Assembly (NCBI GenBank): GCA_050329935.1
Contig: JBHJOI010000080.1
Coordinates: 437 to 64,436, forward strand
Direction: 5' to 3'
DNA: 64,000 nt
Origin: Thiotrichales bacterium
GTDB taxonomy: Bacteria > Pseudomonadota > Gammaproteobacteria > UWMA-0217
Notes under the pieces: generated by a model
Seen by the model: the letters and a program-made list of their open reading frames with translations, nothing else
The model's database searches: none
Told to the model about the DNA's origin: nothing
Shown here: piece after piece, positions 55,635 to 64,000 of the stretch
Position numbering within the stretch: position 1 is the stretch's first letter
Layout of the letters: each line of letters begins with the position of its first letter
Position numbers and translations under genes: made by a program

Positions 55635-56315
55635 TCAGAGATCGAAACTCAGGCTGTAGGAAACCACGAACAACGGATCTTCGTTGACCTCGTAGTCATC
55701 CGACATGGCCTTGCTCAATTTGAAATTAAGACTGTCAGTCGCGTTGAAATCGAGCGTGATGTGCGACCAGAGTCCATCACCGTCGTTGGTTGCGTTCCCA
55801 TAAGTCACGCCAAACTTTCCGAACTCGTAGCCCAGCGTATAGTAAAGGCTGTCTTCCAGCGCATCATTGGCGCCTATGAGGGCCTTGGCGCTAAACCCGC
55901 CATAACCGACCCCAAGCACGACCTCGGCAAGGTCCGTATCCGAAATACTCACGTCGGATCCCGGCGGCAGCGGTAGCGCTTCATCCTCGGCGCTAGGATA
56001 AAAATAGGCTACATAGGAGGCATCGTAGGAAAATCCACCGATCTCGCCGCCGTAACCTAAATAAAGATCGAACTCACTGGAATTGTCGAACCAGCCTTCA
56101 CTTGATCCCCAAATGCCTGCATAAAAGCCGCTTTCATGGGAGTAGTCCAGCGATCCCGATACGGCTGGACTTGGGTCGCTTATATTGAGACCTCGCCAGA
56201 AGTACATATTGCTTGCGGCGAAACTCGCGGAAATATCCGCGTATGCCGTCGGCGCGCCCATCGTACCGATGCCCATAATAGCGACCGCCGTTGCCAGTAT
56301 TGCTTTCTTACTCAT
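55635..56315 (-). CDS. TorF-family (TIGR02001-like) putative outer-membrane porin
   Basis: Signal peptide, SNMYFWRG, DYSHESGFYAGIWGS, EFDLYLGY and C-terminal beta-signal YSLSFDL. Confidence 0.85.
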   Translation of the reverse strand: MSKKAILATAVAIMGIGTMGAPTAYADISASFAASNMYFWRGLNISDPSPAVSGSLDYSHESGFYAGIWGSSEGWFDNSSEFDLYLGYGGEIGGFSYDASYVAYFYPSAEDEALPLPPGSDVSISDTDLAEVVLGVGYGGFSAKALIGANDALEDSLYYTLGYEFGKFGVTYGNATNDGDGLWSHITLDFNATDSLNFKLSKAMSDDYEVNEDPLFVVSYSLSFDL

Positions 56316-56433
56316 AGGTCTCTTGATCTCCTCGATTTTATTAGAGCGAACTCAACAAATCGTCACGATGCCGCGCCGATAAATATCCAAGGCTTTTTCC
56401 AGGCAGTTCCGATTTATTGTCGGAACGTTACTT

Positions 56434-56450
56434 AGCAACTCGTATGCCAA
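56434..56450 (-). promoter_or_regulatory. Sigma54 -24/-12 promoter of the porin-urt-ure operon
   Basis: Minus strand TTGGCAT-acgag-TTGCT. Confidence 0.85.
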
Positions 56451-56542
56451 ATACGACAAGCCGGGTTTGTGGCGCTTTTTCTACGCTTCGGTGGCTAAAA
56501 AGGTACGGGTGGGACACATTTAAGTGCGACGCGTCTGCGTAG

Positions 56543-56559
56543 CGCACCAGGACAGTGCG
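56543..56559. promoter_or_regulatory. NtrC-type enhancer site
   Basis: cGCAC-caggaca-GTGCg (GCAC-N7-GTGC) about 100 bp upstream of the sigma54 promoter, with a weaker GTGC half-site 31 bp closer. Confidence 0.65.
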
Positions 56560-56792
56560 TTGATCGGATTTGGCACTTCGTGAAAAGCGGAATGCCTTCG
56601 CTGCTAGCGTCTCATCAACGGTCACGACGGACGCGAAAGCCTTGGCACAGTCGGTTCTGAGCGCCAAGCCATGACGAGTGAAGACAGGGGCACTCGATAA
56701 TAGACCCAATCAGGCCATTACCAGCGGGGTGACCGGGATGCGCCGTGACTTAAATATACCGATAATGCCGGGTTCAGATGGGGGCGCCGCAC

Positions 56793-56852
56793 GGGTTGGG
56801 TAGACGGAAGCGGCGGCGACAGGGACGGCTTCAAGGCGCCTCCTCCCAACCC
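56793..56852. repeat. REP/MITE-like element with GGGTTGGG...CCCAACCC ends (copy 2)
   Basis: Terminal inverted repeat plus inner GAAGC/GCTTC stem; shares GGGTTGGGTAG with the reverse complement of copy 1. Confidence 0.45.
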
Positions 56853-56900
56853 TGCCTAGAGCGGCTTTTATCTTCCTGGGCGGCATCCTCGCCGTGAAAG

Positions 56901-57782
56901 TTAGACCGAGACGTCGACAACGAAACCGGTCGACCCGCGCAGCGCTACCAGCACGGCATGACGCTGCTCGGGCGTCAGATCGAGGTCGCCCCGGCGTAGC
57001 AGGCAGTCGATAATGACCAGATTGCAATTGGGTTTGAAGTCACGCGTGCCGGCAACCGTGCGCGCGACTCTCTCCAAAGGCCAGCGCTCGAATGCATCGA
57101 CTTCGCCATCCTGATTGACGGGCGTCAACGCCTCCGGAAGTAACAGATCGAAGATGAATATCGTGTCCTGTTTCAGGCCCTTGTCGCCGTCGGTGCGGTA
57201 TCGCAACTGACCGACAAATTCAGCCTGTGCGGCGAGCCACGAGGGTATTCCGGCCTCCTCGGCGCATTCCTTGGCAACGTTGTCCCGCAACGACAGATTC
57301 GCCGGTTGTCCGCCCGCGGCCAGGTGATCGAGCATGCCCGGAAAATTTGGCCGATCAAGCGCGCGTCGCGCCACCCACATCTCGAGTCCGCGCTCGGTTT
57401 GCACCAAACCGTTGACATGGATCCCATGGGCAGGCAGCCCGAAATACACCACCGCGGCACGTTCGAGCTCAAACAGTGTCGGTGCTTGCCAGCCGTGGCT
57501 GATCGCGTAGGTCTCGCCATACCAGCCTTGAATCACACCCCGCGCGCGCAGATCTTCCACGACCTCCGCCAGGGCTTGGCTGCGGGTCCTCGGCTCCGCG
57601 AGCTCGGTGCGCAGACGCACATCCGTGGGCGTAACCGAAAATACGCGCGGAAACGCTGTCAGTGCATCCGCGAAGGCGTGTCGGACCCAACCGATCTGGC
57701 GCGCACCGACGATGAAGGGCCGATAGCGCTCCTGGTGACAGCGATTCGACTCCTCGATCCGACTCAGAAACCCTTGCAACAT
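56901..57782 (-). CDS. NUDIX hydrolase with N-terminal DUF4743-like domain
   Basis: ELERAAV, GIHVNG, PGMLDHLAAGG, KECAEEAGI and NQDGEV. Confidence 0.85.
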   Translation of the reverse strand: MLQGFLSRIEESNRCHQERYRPFIVGARQIGWVRHAFADALTAFPRVFSVTPTDVRLRTELAEPRTRSQALAEVVEDLRARGVIQGWYGETYAISHGWQAPTLFELERAAVVYFGLPAHGIHVNGLVQTERGLEMWVARRALDRPNFPGMLDHLAAGGQPANLSLRDNVAKECAEEAGIPSWLAAQAEFVGQLRYRTDGDKGLKQDTIFIFDLLLPEALTPVNQDGEVDAFERWPLERVARTVAGTRDFKPNCNLVIIDCLLRRGDLDLTPEQRHAVLVALRGSTGFVVDVSV

Positions 57783-57833
57783 GCCGCGCCCTCCAATGGT
57801 GGTCGGGGCATTATGGAGAGAATGGCGGGCAGT

Positions 57834-57857
57834 AAAAAGCCCGCCAAGGCGGGCTTT
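57834..57857 (-). terminator. Intrinsic terminator after DUF3501
   Basis: Minus strand AAAGCCCGCC-tt-GGCGGGCTTTTT. Confidence 0.8.
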
Positions 57858-57884
57858 CAGCTTGTGTCGACCGAAGTAAGCGCG

Positions 57885-58469
57885 TCAGTTCACGAGATCC
57901 TTGATCAAGCTACCGCGACTTTCCGCCCCAAGTTCCACTTCATGACGGTAGTTCGCGTGGTCAATCCCAACGAGAATCGTTTCACCATCGCGAGCACTGT
58001 TGATCATTTCCGGACTGAGTTCGAAACGCAAAAAATGCACGCTGGAGGTCTTGGTGTCGTTCTCGCGCTCGAGATCCTCGTCCGCGATCGCATAGCTGCG
58101 CGCGTGCGCGCCGATCTGCACGTAGGTAACATCCTCGATTCCGATCAACCGCGACAGCTCGACCTTGCGCTCCTCCGGATCGGGAAACTCCACCATCATC
58201 GTCGCCTTGAAGTTAGTGCCATCCGGAATCAGCGGATTGTAGGCTTCAAGCTCCTCCTGGATGCCAGCCGCCTCGAAGATGCGCTCAACCCGCAGCATTT
58301 CCTGAACCTGGTATTGCACGATCAGGCGATCCTCGAAGTGCAGGGTCACGCTGGGTCCGACCGCGATGTTTCGGGGCTTCTTATGCGCCATCACCGTTCG
58401 GCGAAATTCCGGGCGCGTCACGGCGTATTGCTCCAGACTCATCAGGTCTTCACGCGTCAGTTTTTGCAT
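57885..58469 (-). CDS. DUF3501 family protein
   Basis: YQVQEMLRVE, ELEAYNPLIP and KTSSVHFLRF. Confidence 0.88.
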   Translation of the reverse strand: MQKLTREDLMSLEQYAVTRPEFRRTVMAHKKPRNIAVGPSVTLHFEDRLIVQYQVQEMLRVERIFEAAGIQEELEAYNPLIPDGTNFKATMMVEFPDPEERKVELSRLIGIEDVTYVQIGAHARSYAIADEDLERENDTKTSSVHFLRFELSPEMINSARDGETILVGIDHANYRHEVELGAESRGSLIKDLVN

Positions 58470-58526
58470 CGTTGAGTACCTCATTTTTTGATCTTTAACT
58501 TGGATTGGAGCGCGGCTTGAACCGCA

Positions 58527-59873
58527 TCAGATCCCATAGGCAAGGCGAATCAGGGTCAACGGGTGCTCCGCCTCGGTGCCGTTATTCGCGCCATGGGCGA
58601 TCTGGGTGCCCGCCATCGGGCAGTCGCTGCCGTAGTGATCGGGTTGTCCGGATTTGACCTTGTTGACAATTGGCCGACAGATCTTCATCGACAGCTCATG
58701 AAATTCGGACTTCACCGCGTACGTTCCGTCATGGCCGGAACAGCGCTCGTAGAGTTCGATGGTCGTATCCGGCACCAGCTGCAACAGATCGCGGGTTTTC
58801 AGGCCAATGTTCTGCACCCGCAGATGGCAGGAAGCGTGATAGCCGACCTTGCCGAGCGATTTCTTGAAATCGGTTTTCAACAAGCCTTCCTTGTTTCGCA
58901 GCATCAGGTATTCGAATGGATCGAAGATATGCTGGCGGACCGTGGCGACGCCCGGGTCATCCGGGAACATCAGCGGCAGTTCCTGCTTGAACATCAGCAC
59001 ACACGACGGCACCGGCGCGACGATATCCCAGCCCGCCTCGATCATTTTCAGCAGCGACGGAATGTTCGCATTCTTGGCGCGCTCGACCGCGGCGAGATCG
59101 CCCAGCTCAAGCTTTGGCATACCGCAGCATTGTTCCTTTTCCGCGAGCGTCGTGGCGATTCCGTTGTGCTCGAATACCGCCACCAGATCCTCAACCACCT
59201 GTGGCGAGTTGCGGTTGCCGTAGCAGGTCGTGAACACTGCGGCTTTGCCGCGGGTACGTCCAACCGGCACGGCGTCCGCATGATTTGAAACGTGCCCGGC
59301 CAAGCGTTTGCGCGCGGAATCGCTGTGGTAGGTCGGAATGGCGGCCGCATGGTGCACGCCTAGAACCTTCTCCAGGCCCTTGCGGAAGGCCGAATTTTTG
59401 TTCGCGGCGTTCACCAAACCCGCAACGACGGGGATTCCGGCCAGGTTACCGACTGTGTCGGTGGAGGTTAAAATCTTGTCGCGCTTCAGCACCTCACCTT
59501 TCTTGAACTTGACCGCCTTGGCGCGCAACATCAGGTGCGGGTAGTCAACATTCCACTCGTGCGGCGGCACGTAGGGACATTTGGTCATGTAACAGAGGTC
59601 GCAGAGATAACACTGATCCACGACCTTCCAATAATCCTTCTTGTCGACGCCATCGACCTCCATGGTCGTCGATTCGTCGACCAGATCGAACAGGGTGGGA
59701 AAACTCTGGCACAGACTCACGCAACGACGACAGCCGTGACAGATATCGAAAACCCGCTCCAATTCCTTGTTTAGCGACTCTTCGTTATAGAAATCCGGGC
59801 TTCTCCAATCGAGTGGATGCCGGGTGGGCGCCTCGAGATTGCCCTCGCGAATGCCTTCAGTCGGTTGCGCCAT
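58527..59873 (-). CDS. Rubrerythrin-associated Fe-S oxidoreductase (CCG domain, GlpC/HdrD-like)
   Basis: CHGCRRCVSLC, CYLCDLCYMTKCPY, QCCGMP, RCSGHDG and SDCPMA. Confidence 0.9.
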   Translation of the reverse strand: MAQPTEGIREGNLEAPTRHPLDWRSPDFYNEESLNKELERVFDICHGCRRCVSLCQSFPTLFDLVDESTTMEVDGVDKKDYWKVVDQCYLCDLCYMTKCPYVPPHEWNVDYPHLMLRAKAVKFKKGEVLKRDKILTSTDTVGNLAGIPVVAGLVNAANKNSAFRKGLEKVLGVHHAAAIPTYHSDSARKRLAGHVSNHADAVPVGRTRGKAAVFTTCYGNRNSPQVVEDLVAVFEHNGIATTLAEKEQCCGMPKLELGDLAAVERAKNANIPSLLKMIEAGWDIVAPVPSCVLMFKQELPLMFPDDPGVATVRQHIFDPFEYLMLRNKEGLLKTDFKKSLGKVGYHASCHLRVQNIGLKTRDLLQLVPDTTIELYERCSGHDGTYAVKSEFHELSMKICRPIVNKVKSGQPDHYGSDCPMAGTQIAHGANNGTEAEHPLTLIRLAYGI

Positions 59874-60030
59874 CTTGGTTCTCCATTGCGTCGTTCAGGT
59901 TCGATCCAATCCCGCGTCCGCATTCCCACGTACCGCCTTTCGACGAACGCAGTCTGGGCCGGAGTCCGGTATCACAAATGCCGGAAACCGCGATAAGCCA
60001 AGTGGTGGTAGAGGATTCGACGGGTTCCGG

Positions 60031-60064
60031 AAAAAACGCAAGGCGGCCAAGCGGCCGCCTTGCG
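60031..60064 (-). terminator. Intrinsic terminator after rubrerythrin
   Basis: 12-bp stem CGCAAGGCGGCC-gctt-GGCCGCCTTGCG followed by T6 on the minus strand. Confidence 0.8.
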
Positions 60065-60076
60065 CAAAGACTGATG

Positions 60077-60496
60077 TTACTCCATCGAGTCCAGGGCTTT
60101 CTGGAAACGGTTGGCGTGCGAACGCTCAGCCTTTGCCAGCGTCTCGAACCAGTCCGCGATTTCGTCAAAGCCTTCGTCGCGAGCCGTCCTCGCCATGCCG
60201 GGGTACATATCGGTGTACTCGTGAGTCTCACCGGCAATGGAGGCCTTCAGGTTGTCGGAGGTCGCGCCAATCGGCATACCCGTCGCCGGATCGCCGACTT
60301 CCTCAAGGTACTCAAGGTGGCCGTGAGCGTGTCCGGTTTCGCCTTCGGCGGTCGAGCGAAATACCGCGGCGACGTCGTTGTAGCCTTCAACATCCGCTTT
60401 TGCCGCGAAATACAGATAGCGACGGTTCGCTTGCGATTCGCCCGCGAAGGCCTCTTTCAGACTCGACTCGGTTTTGCTGCCTTTCAGAGCTGTCAT
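60077..60496 (-). CDS. Short rubrerythrin (di-iron, no rubredoxin domain)
   Basis: [33 protein letters not shown] and AERSHA. Confidence 0.93.
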   Translation of the reverse strand: MTALKGSKTESSLKEAFAGESQANRRYLYFAAKADVEGYNDVAAVFRSTAEGETGHAHGHLEYLEEVGDPATGMPIGATSDNLKASIAGETHEYTDMYPGMARTARDEGFDEIADWFETLAKAERSHANRFQKALDSME

Positions 60497-60539
60497 ATTC
60501 AATCTCCTTGTTGGTTGAAAATCAGGTTGTTACGAATGG

Positions 60540-60556
60540 TTTAGACTTGGTCTAAA
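60540..60556. promoter_or_regulatory. Fur-family (Irr/PerR-like) operator candidate
   Basis: TTTAGAC-ttg-GTCTAAA 7-3-7 palindrome 44 bp upstream of the rubrerythrin start. Confidence 0.6.
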
Positions 60557-60706
60557 ACGTGGCGGAATGTTAGCCGAATTAACCCCAGAGTCAAGTCAAT
60601 TAATCCCTGGAGCGATTCAATCCCGCTGGACCGCGCGCCGTTTGACCCTTCCCCTATTTACCATTAGGTTAACGCATCTTCCTTAGCCGTTAACAAGTCC
60701 AAGACT

Positions 60707-60937
60707 ATGAGCACAGAGACGGTCGACGGTCTCGACTTTGAGCAGGCGCTGACCGCGCTACAACAACTGGTCGAACGGATGGAAACCGGAAAACTCACTC
60801 TGGAAGACAGCCTGGCGGAGTACGAACGCGGGGTGCGGCTGTCGCAGCGATGCCAGTCCCTGCTCGACACCGCAGAGCAACGGGTGCGCATCCTGATGGA
60901 TAACAAACAACTGGCCGATCTCGATGAAAAACCCTGA
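60707..60937 (+). CDS. xseB: Exodeoxyribonuclease VII small subunit
   Basis: FEQAL..L..LV.RME.G.LTLEDSL..YERGV.L...C...L..AEQRV pattern. Confidence 0.93.
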   Translation: MSTETVDGLDFEQALTALQQLVERMETGKLTLEDSLAEYERGVRLSQRCQSLLDTAEQRVRILMDNKQLADLDEKP

Positions 60938-60947
60938 AAGCGCGACG

Positions 60948-61841
60948 ATGCCTAGTCTCCAAGCGCTCATGCCTGAATGGCAGGCGCGCATAGAGTCGCG
61001 GCTCGATCATTGGCTCCCCTCGGCCGAACGGCACCCGTTACGCCTGCATGCAGCGATGCGCTACGCATGTCTCGGCGGTGGCAAGCGAATTCGGCCGCTG
61101 TTGATTTACGCAACGGGACTGGCGACTGGCCAGGATCTGCGGCACCTCGACGGTATCGCCTGCGCGGTCGAAATGATCCACGTCTACTCGCTGATTCACG
61201 ACGACCTACCCTGCATGGACGACGACGATCTGCGGCGCGGTAAACCGACCTGCCACAAGGCATTCGATGAGGCCACGGCGGTGTTGGCGGGAGACGCGCT
61301 GCAAGCGCTGGCGTTCTATATCCTCAGTCACGACCCGGACATATCGCAGGATCCGGCGATTCGGCTCAGTATCGTAGCGGCGCTCGCTCGCGCGGCGGGC
61401 TCTCGGGGCATGGCTGGCGGCCAGGCGATCGATCTCGCCTCGGTAGGCAAGCGGCTCTCGATCGTCGAACTCGAGGCGATGCATATCTTCAAGACGGGCG
61501 CTCTGATACGCGCCAGCGTGATGATGGCGGCCTCGACTCGCCCCGAGCTGGGTGGTGAACGTTTGGACGCACTGGACCACTACGCGAAGTGCGTGGGTCT
61601 CGCGTTTCAGATTCGTGACGACATCCTTGATGTTGTGGGCGATACGGAAACCTTGGGAAAAACCGCTGGCGCCGATCATGCGCTCGACAAACCGACATTT
61701 CCGGATACTATCGGGCTTGAGGCCTCGCGCGATCGGGCGCGCGAGTTATGTGAGGAGGCCTTGGCCCATCTCGACGGGTTCGGGTCCTCCGCCGACGTGT
61801 TGCGGGATATCGCACGTTACATCGTCGAGCGAATTTATTGA
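60948..61841 (+). CDS. ispA: Farnesyl diphosphate synthase
   Basis: GGKRIRP, HDDLPCMDDDDLRRG, GGQAID, FQIRDDILD and GKTAG. Confidence 0.95.
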   Translation: MPSLQALMPEWQARIESRLDHWLPSAERHPLRLHAAMRYACLGGGKRIRPLLIYATGLATGQDLRHLDGIACAVEMIHVYSLIHDDLPCMDDDDLRRGKPTCHKAFDEATAVLAGDALQALAFYILSHDPDISQDPAIRLSIVAALARAAGSRGMAGGQAIDLASVGKRLSIVELEAMHIFKTGALIRASVMMAASTRPELGGERLDALDHYAKCVGLAFQIRDDILDVVGDTETLGKTAGADHALDKPTFPDTIGLEASRDRARELCEEALAHLDGFGSSADVLRDIARYIVERIY

Positions 61842-61910
61842 CCGGATGAATCTGCCACCGCGGCGAGCACTGGAACCCGCTCGACCGACCGCGGCGACCA
61901 CGGACGCTAC

Positions 61911-63797
61911 ATGCCAGACACGCTGCTGAACAAGATCGATTCGCCCCACGACCTGCGCCGCCTGCCGGAACATGCGTTGCCACAACTCGCGCGGGAATTG
62001 CGGGTATTCCTGCTGGACTCGGTCTCGCGCACCGGTGGGCACCTCGCCTCGGGCCTTGGTGTGGTTGAACTCACCCTTGCGCTGCATTACGTCTTCGACA
62101 CCCCGAACGATCGTCTGGTTTGGGACGTTGGCCACCAATGCTACCCGCACAAGATCCTAACCGGGCGGCGCGCGGCAATGGATTCCATTCGACAATCCGG
62201 CGGCATCGCGGGATTCCCCAAGCGCGCCGAAAGCGAATACGACACCTTCGGCGTGGGACACTCCAGCACTTCGATCAGCGCCGCGCTCGGCATGACGATC
62301 GCCGCTCGGCACTTGGGAACGGCGCACAAAGCGGTGGCCATCATTGGTGACGGCGCGATGACCGCCGGCATGGCGTTCGAGGCGCTTAATCACGCCGGAG
62401 CGACCAAGGAGGACCTGCTTGTCGTGCTGAACGACAACGACATGTCGATCTCGCCGAATGTCGGTGGACTCTCGAATTACATGGCGCGAGTGCTTTCCAG
62501 TCGGCTCTACGCGACCGTACGCGAGGAAGGCAAGCGCTTCCTGCAAGCGGTGCCAGGCGTTCAGGCGTTTGCTCGCCGCGCCGAGGAACATGTCAAGGGC
62601 ATGTTGATTCCCGGCACCCTGTTCGAGGAACTCGGCTTCAACTATATCGGCCCGATCGATGGCCATGACTTGCAGGAGTTGGTGCGCACGCTGCGCAACA
62701 TACGGCAACTGCCAGGGCCGCGCCTGCTGCATGTCGTCACGCGCAAGGGCAAGGGCTATTCGTTGGCGGAACAGGAACCGGTGCGCTATCACGGCGTCGG
62801 CAAGTTCGATCCGCAAAATGGCCTGGGCGGGGAGAAGAGTGGGGCATTGACCTACACCGAGGTGTTTAGCCGCTGGATCTGTGACCAGGCCGCGTCGGAT
62901 CCGCGCTTGATCGGGATCACCCCGGCGATGCGCGAGGGTTCGGGTCTGGTCGCATTCTCCGAGCGCTTTCCCGATCGCTACATCGACGTCGCGATCGCGG
63001 AGCAGCATGCCGTCACGCTGGCCGCCGGTCTTGCCTGCGATGGCATGAAGCCGGTGGTCGCAATCTACTCGACCTTTCTGCAACGCGCCTACGACCAACT
63101 GATCCACGACGTTGCCCTGCAAAATCTTCCGGTCCTGTTCGCAATCGATCGCGCCGGCCTGGTCGGCCCGGATGGACCGACACACGCCGGCAGTTTCGAT
63201 CTCCCCTACCTGCGCTGTATCCCGAATCTGGTGATCATGGCACCTAGCGATGAACGCGAGTGTCGGCGGATGCTCTGCACGGGTTTTCAGCTTAACCAAC
63301 CCGCCGCGGTGCGATATCCGCGCGGCACTGGCGTTGGGGCGAATCCGGGAACCGATTTCACACCACTGGCGCTGGGCAAGGGGGTGGTCGCTCGCTCAGG
63401 GCGCGAGATCGCCCTACTCGTGTTCGGCGCACCACTGCCCGCCGCGCTTGAGGCCGCGGCGCGGATCGACGCGACGGTCGCGAACATGCGTTTCGTCAAG
63501 CCGCTGGATGCCGATCTGCTGCGCGAGCTGGCCCTCAGCCACGCCGCCTTGGTGACCCTTGAGGACGGCGCGGTGATCGGAGGCGCGGGGAGCGGTGTCA
63601 ACGATTGGTTGGCGGCCGCAGGCATACCGACGCCGGTGCTCAATCTCGGGCTCCCGGATCGCTTTCAGGACCACGGTAGCCGCGAGGAACTGCTGGCCGA
63701 AGCGGGGCTGAACGCGGACGGTATCGTTTCCGCTATAATGTCGCGCTTTCCGCTGGCAAATTGCGTCTCGGCCGCCGCTCGACTAGCATCCAGCTGA
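61911..63797 (+). CDS. dxs: 1-deoxy-D-xylulose-5-phosphate synthase
   Basis: [37 protein letters not shown] and DRAG. Confidence 0.97.
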   Translation: MPDTLLNKIDSPHDLRRLPEHALPQLARELRVFLLDSVSRTGGHLASGLGVVELTLALHYVFDTPNDRLVWDVGHQCYPHKILTGRRAAMDSIRQSGGIAGFPKRAESEYDTFGVGHSSTSISAALGMTIAARHLGTAHKAVAIIGDGAMTAGMAFEALNHAGATKEDLLVVLNDNDMSISPNVGGLSNYMARVLSSRLYATVREEGKRFLQAVPGVQAFARRAEEHVKGMLIPGTLFEELGFNYIGPIDGHDLQELVRTLRNIRQLPGPRLLHVVTRKGKGYSLAEQEPVRYHGVGKFDPQNGLGGEKSGALTYTEVFSRWICDQAASDPRLIGITPAMREGSGLVAFSERFPDRYIDVAIAEQHAVTLAAGLACDGMKPVVAIYSTFLQRAYDQLIHDVALQNLPVLFAIDRAGLVGPDGPTHAGSFDLPYLRCIPNLVIMAPSDERECRRMLCTGFQLNQPAAVRYPRGTGVGANPGTDFTPLALGKGVVARSGREIALLVFGAPLPAALEAAARIDATVANMRFVKPLDADLLRELALSHAALVTLEDGAVIGGAGSGVNDWLAAAGIPTPVLNLGLPDRFQDHGSREELLAEAGLNADGIVSAIMSRFPLANCVSAAARLASS

Positions 63798-63817
63798 ACT
63801 ACCCGGTCTCTCGATAC

Positions 63818-64000
63818 ATGTCGGAAAAGTACACGCTCAAGATCGAGGCGGATTTTGCTTCCGCCCATACCCTGCGCAACTACCCGGGCGATTGCGCGCG
63901 GATGCACGGACACAATTGGAAGGTCGAGGCCGAGGTGGAAGCCACCCGGCTTGATAGCTCCGGGATGGGCATCGATTTTCGCGAAATCAAGCGCGTCGCC
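63818..64000 (+). CDS. queD: 6-carboxytetrahydropterin synthase QueD, 5' part (runs off window; absent from ORF track)
   Basis: My translation: MSEKYTLKIEADFASAHTLRNYPGDCARMHGHNWKVE...MGIDFREIK, with the C-x3-HGH motif. Confidence 0.88.
   Translation, partial: MSEKYTLKIEADFASAHTLRNYPGDCARMHGHNWKVEAEVEATRLDSSGMGIDFREIKRVA

Overview
GC-rich gammaproteobacterial chromosome segment; the gene content looks Chromatiales-like, which is an inference. In order it holds: the end of a surface-polysaccharide nucleotide-sugar cluster (epimerases, ugd, rmlB/D/A); ssb and uvrA; an FHA membrane protein and lipoprotein pair; a methyltransferase, a rhodanese and a REC-PAS-GGDEF-EAL protein; the ndk-rlmN-pilW-rodZ-hisS-yfgM-bamB-der operon lacking ispG, preceded by an orphan IscR-like regulator; pgm; sdhCDAB-sdhE-ygfX divergent from ygfZ; an accessory block (yccA, nhaR-like LysR, out-of-context ftsH, HPF/RaiA-like gene, lutBC, an RHH-like protein, a GDT1 transporter, a DsrC/TusE-like protein); a sigma54/NtrC-type porin-urtABCDE-urease operon with two small inserted ORFs; rubrerythrin-FeS oxidoreductase-DUF3501; and xseB-ispA-dxs-queD. 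The best candidate for an undescribed system is a LysR (NhaR-like) controlled module of HPF-like protein, FtsH and YccA. Its three upstream regions share a TCG-N7-CGA-like box at an identical 51-bp offset from a -10-like hexamer. No rRNA, tRNA, CRISPR array or intact mobile element was seen. All calls come from reading motifs by eye; no database searches were run.
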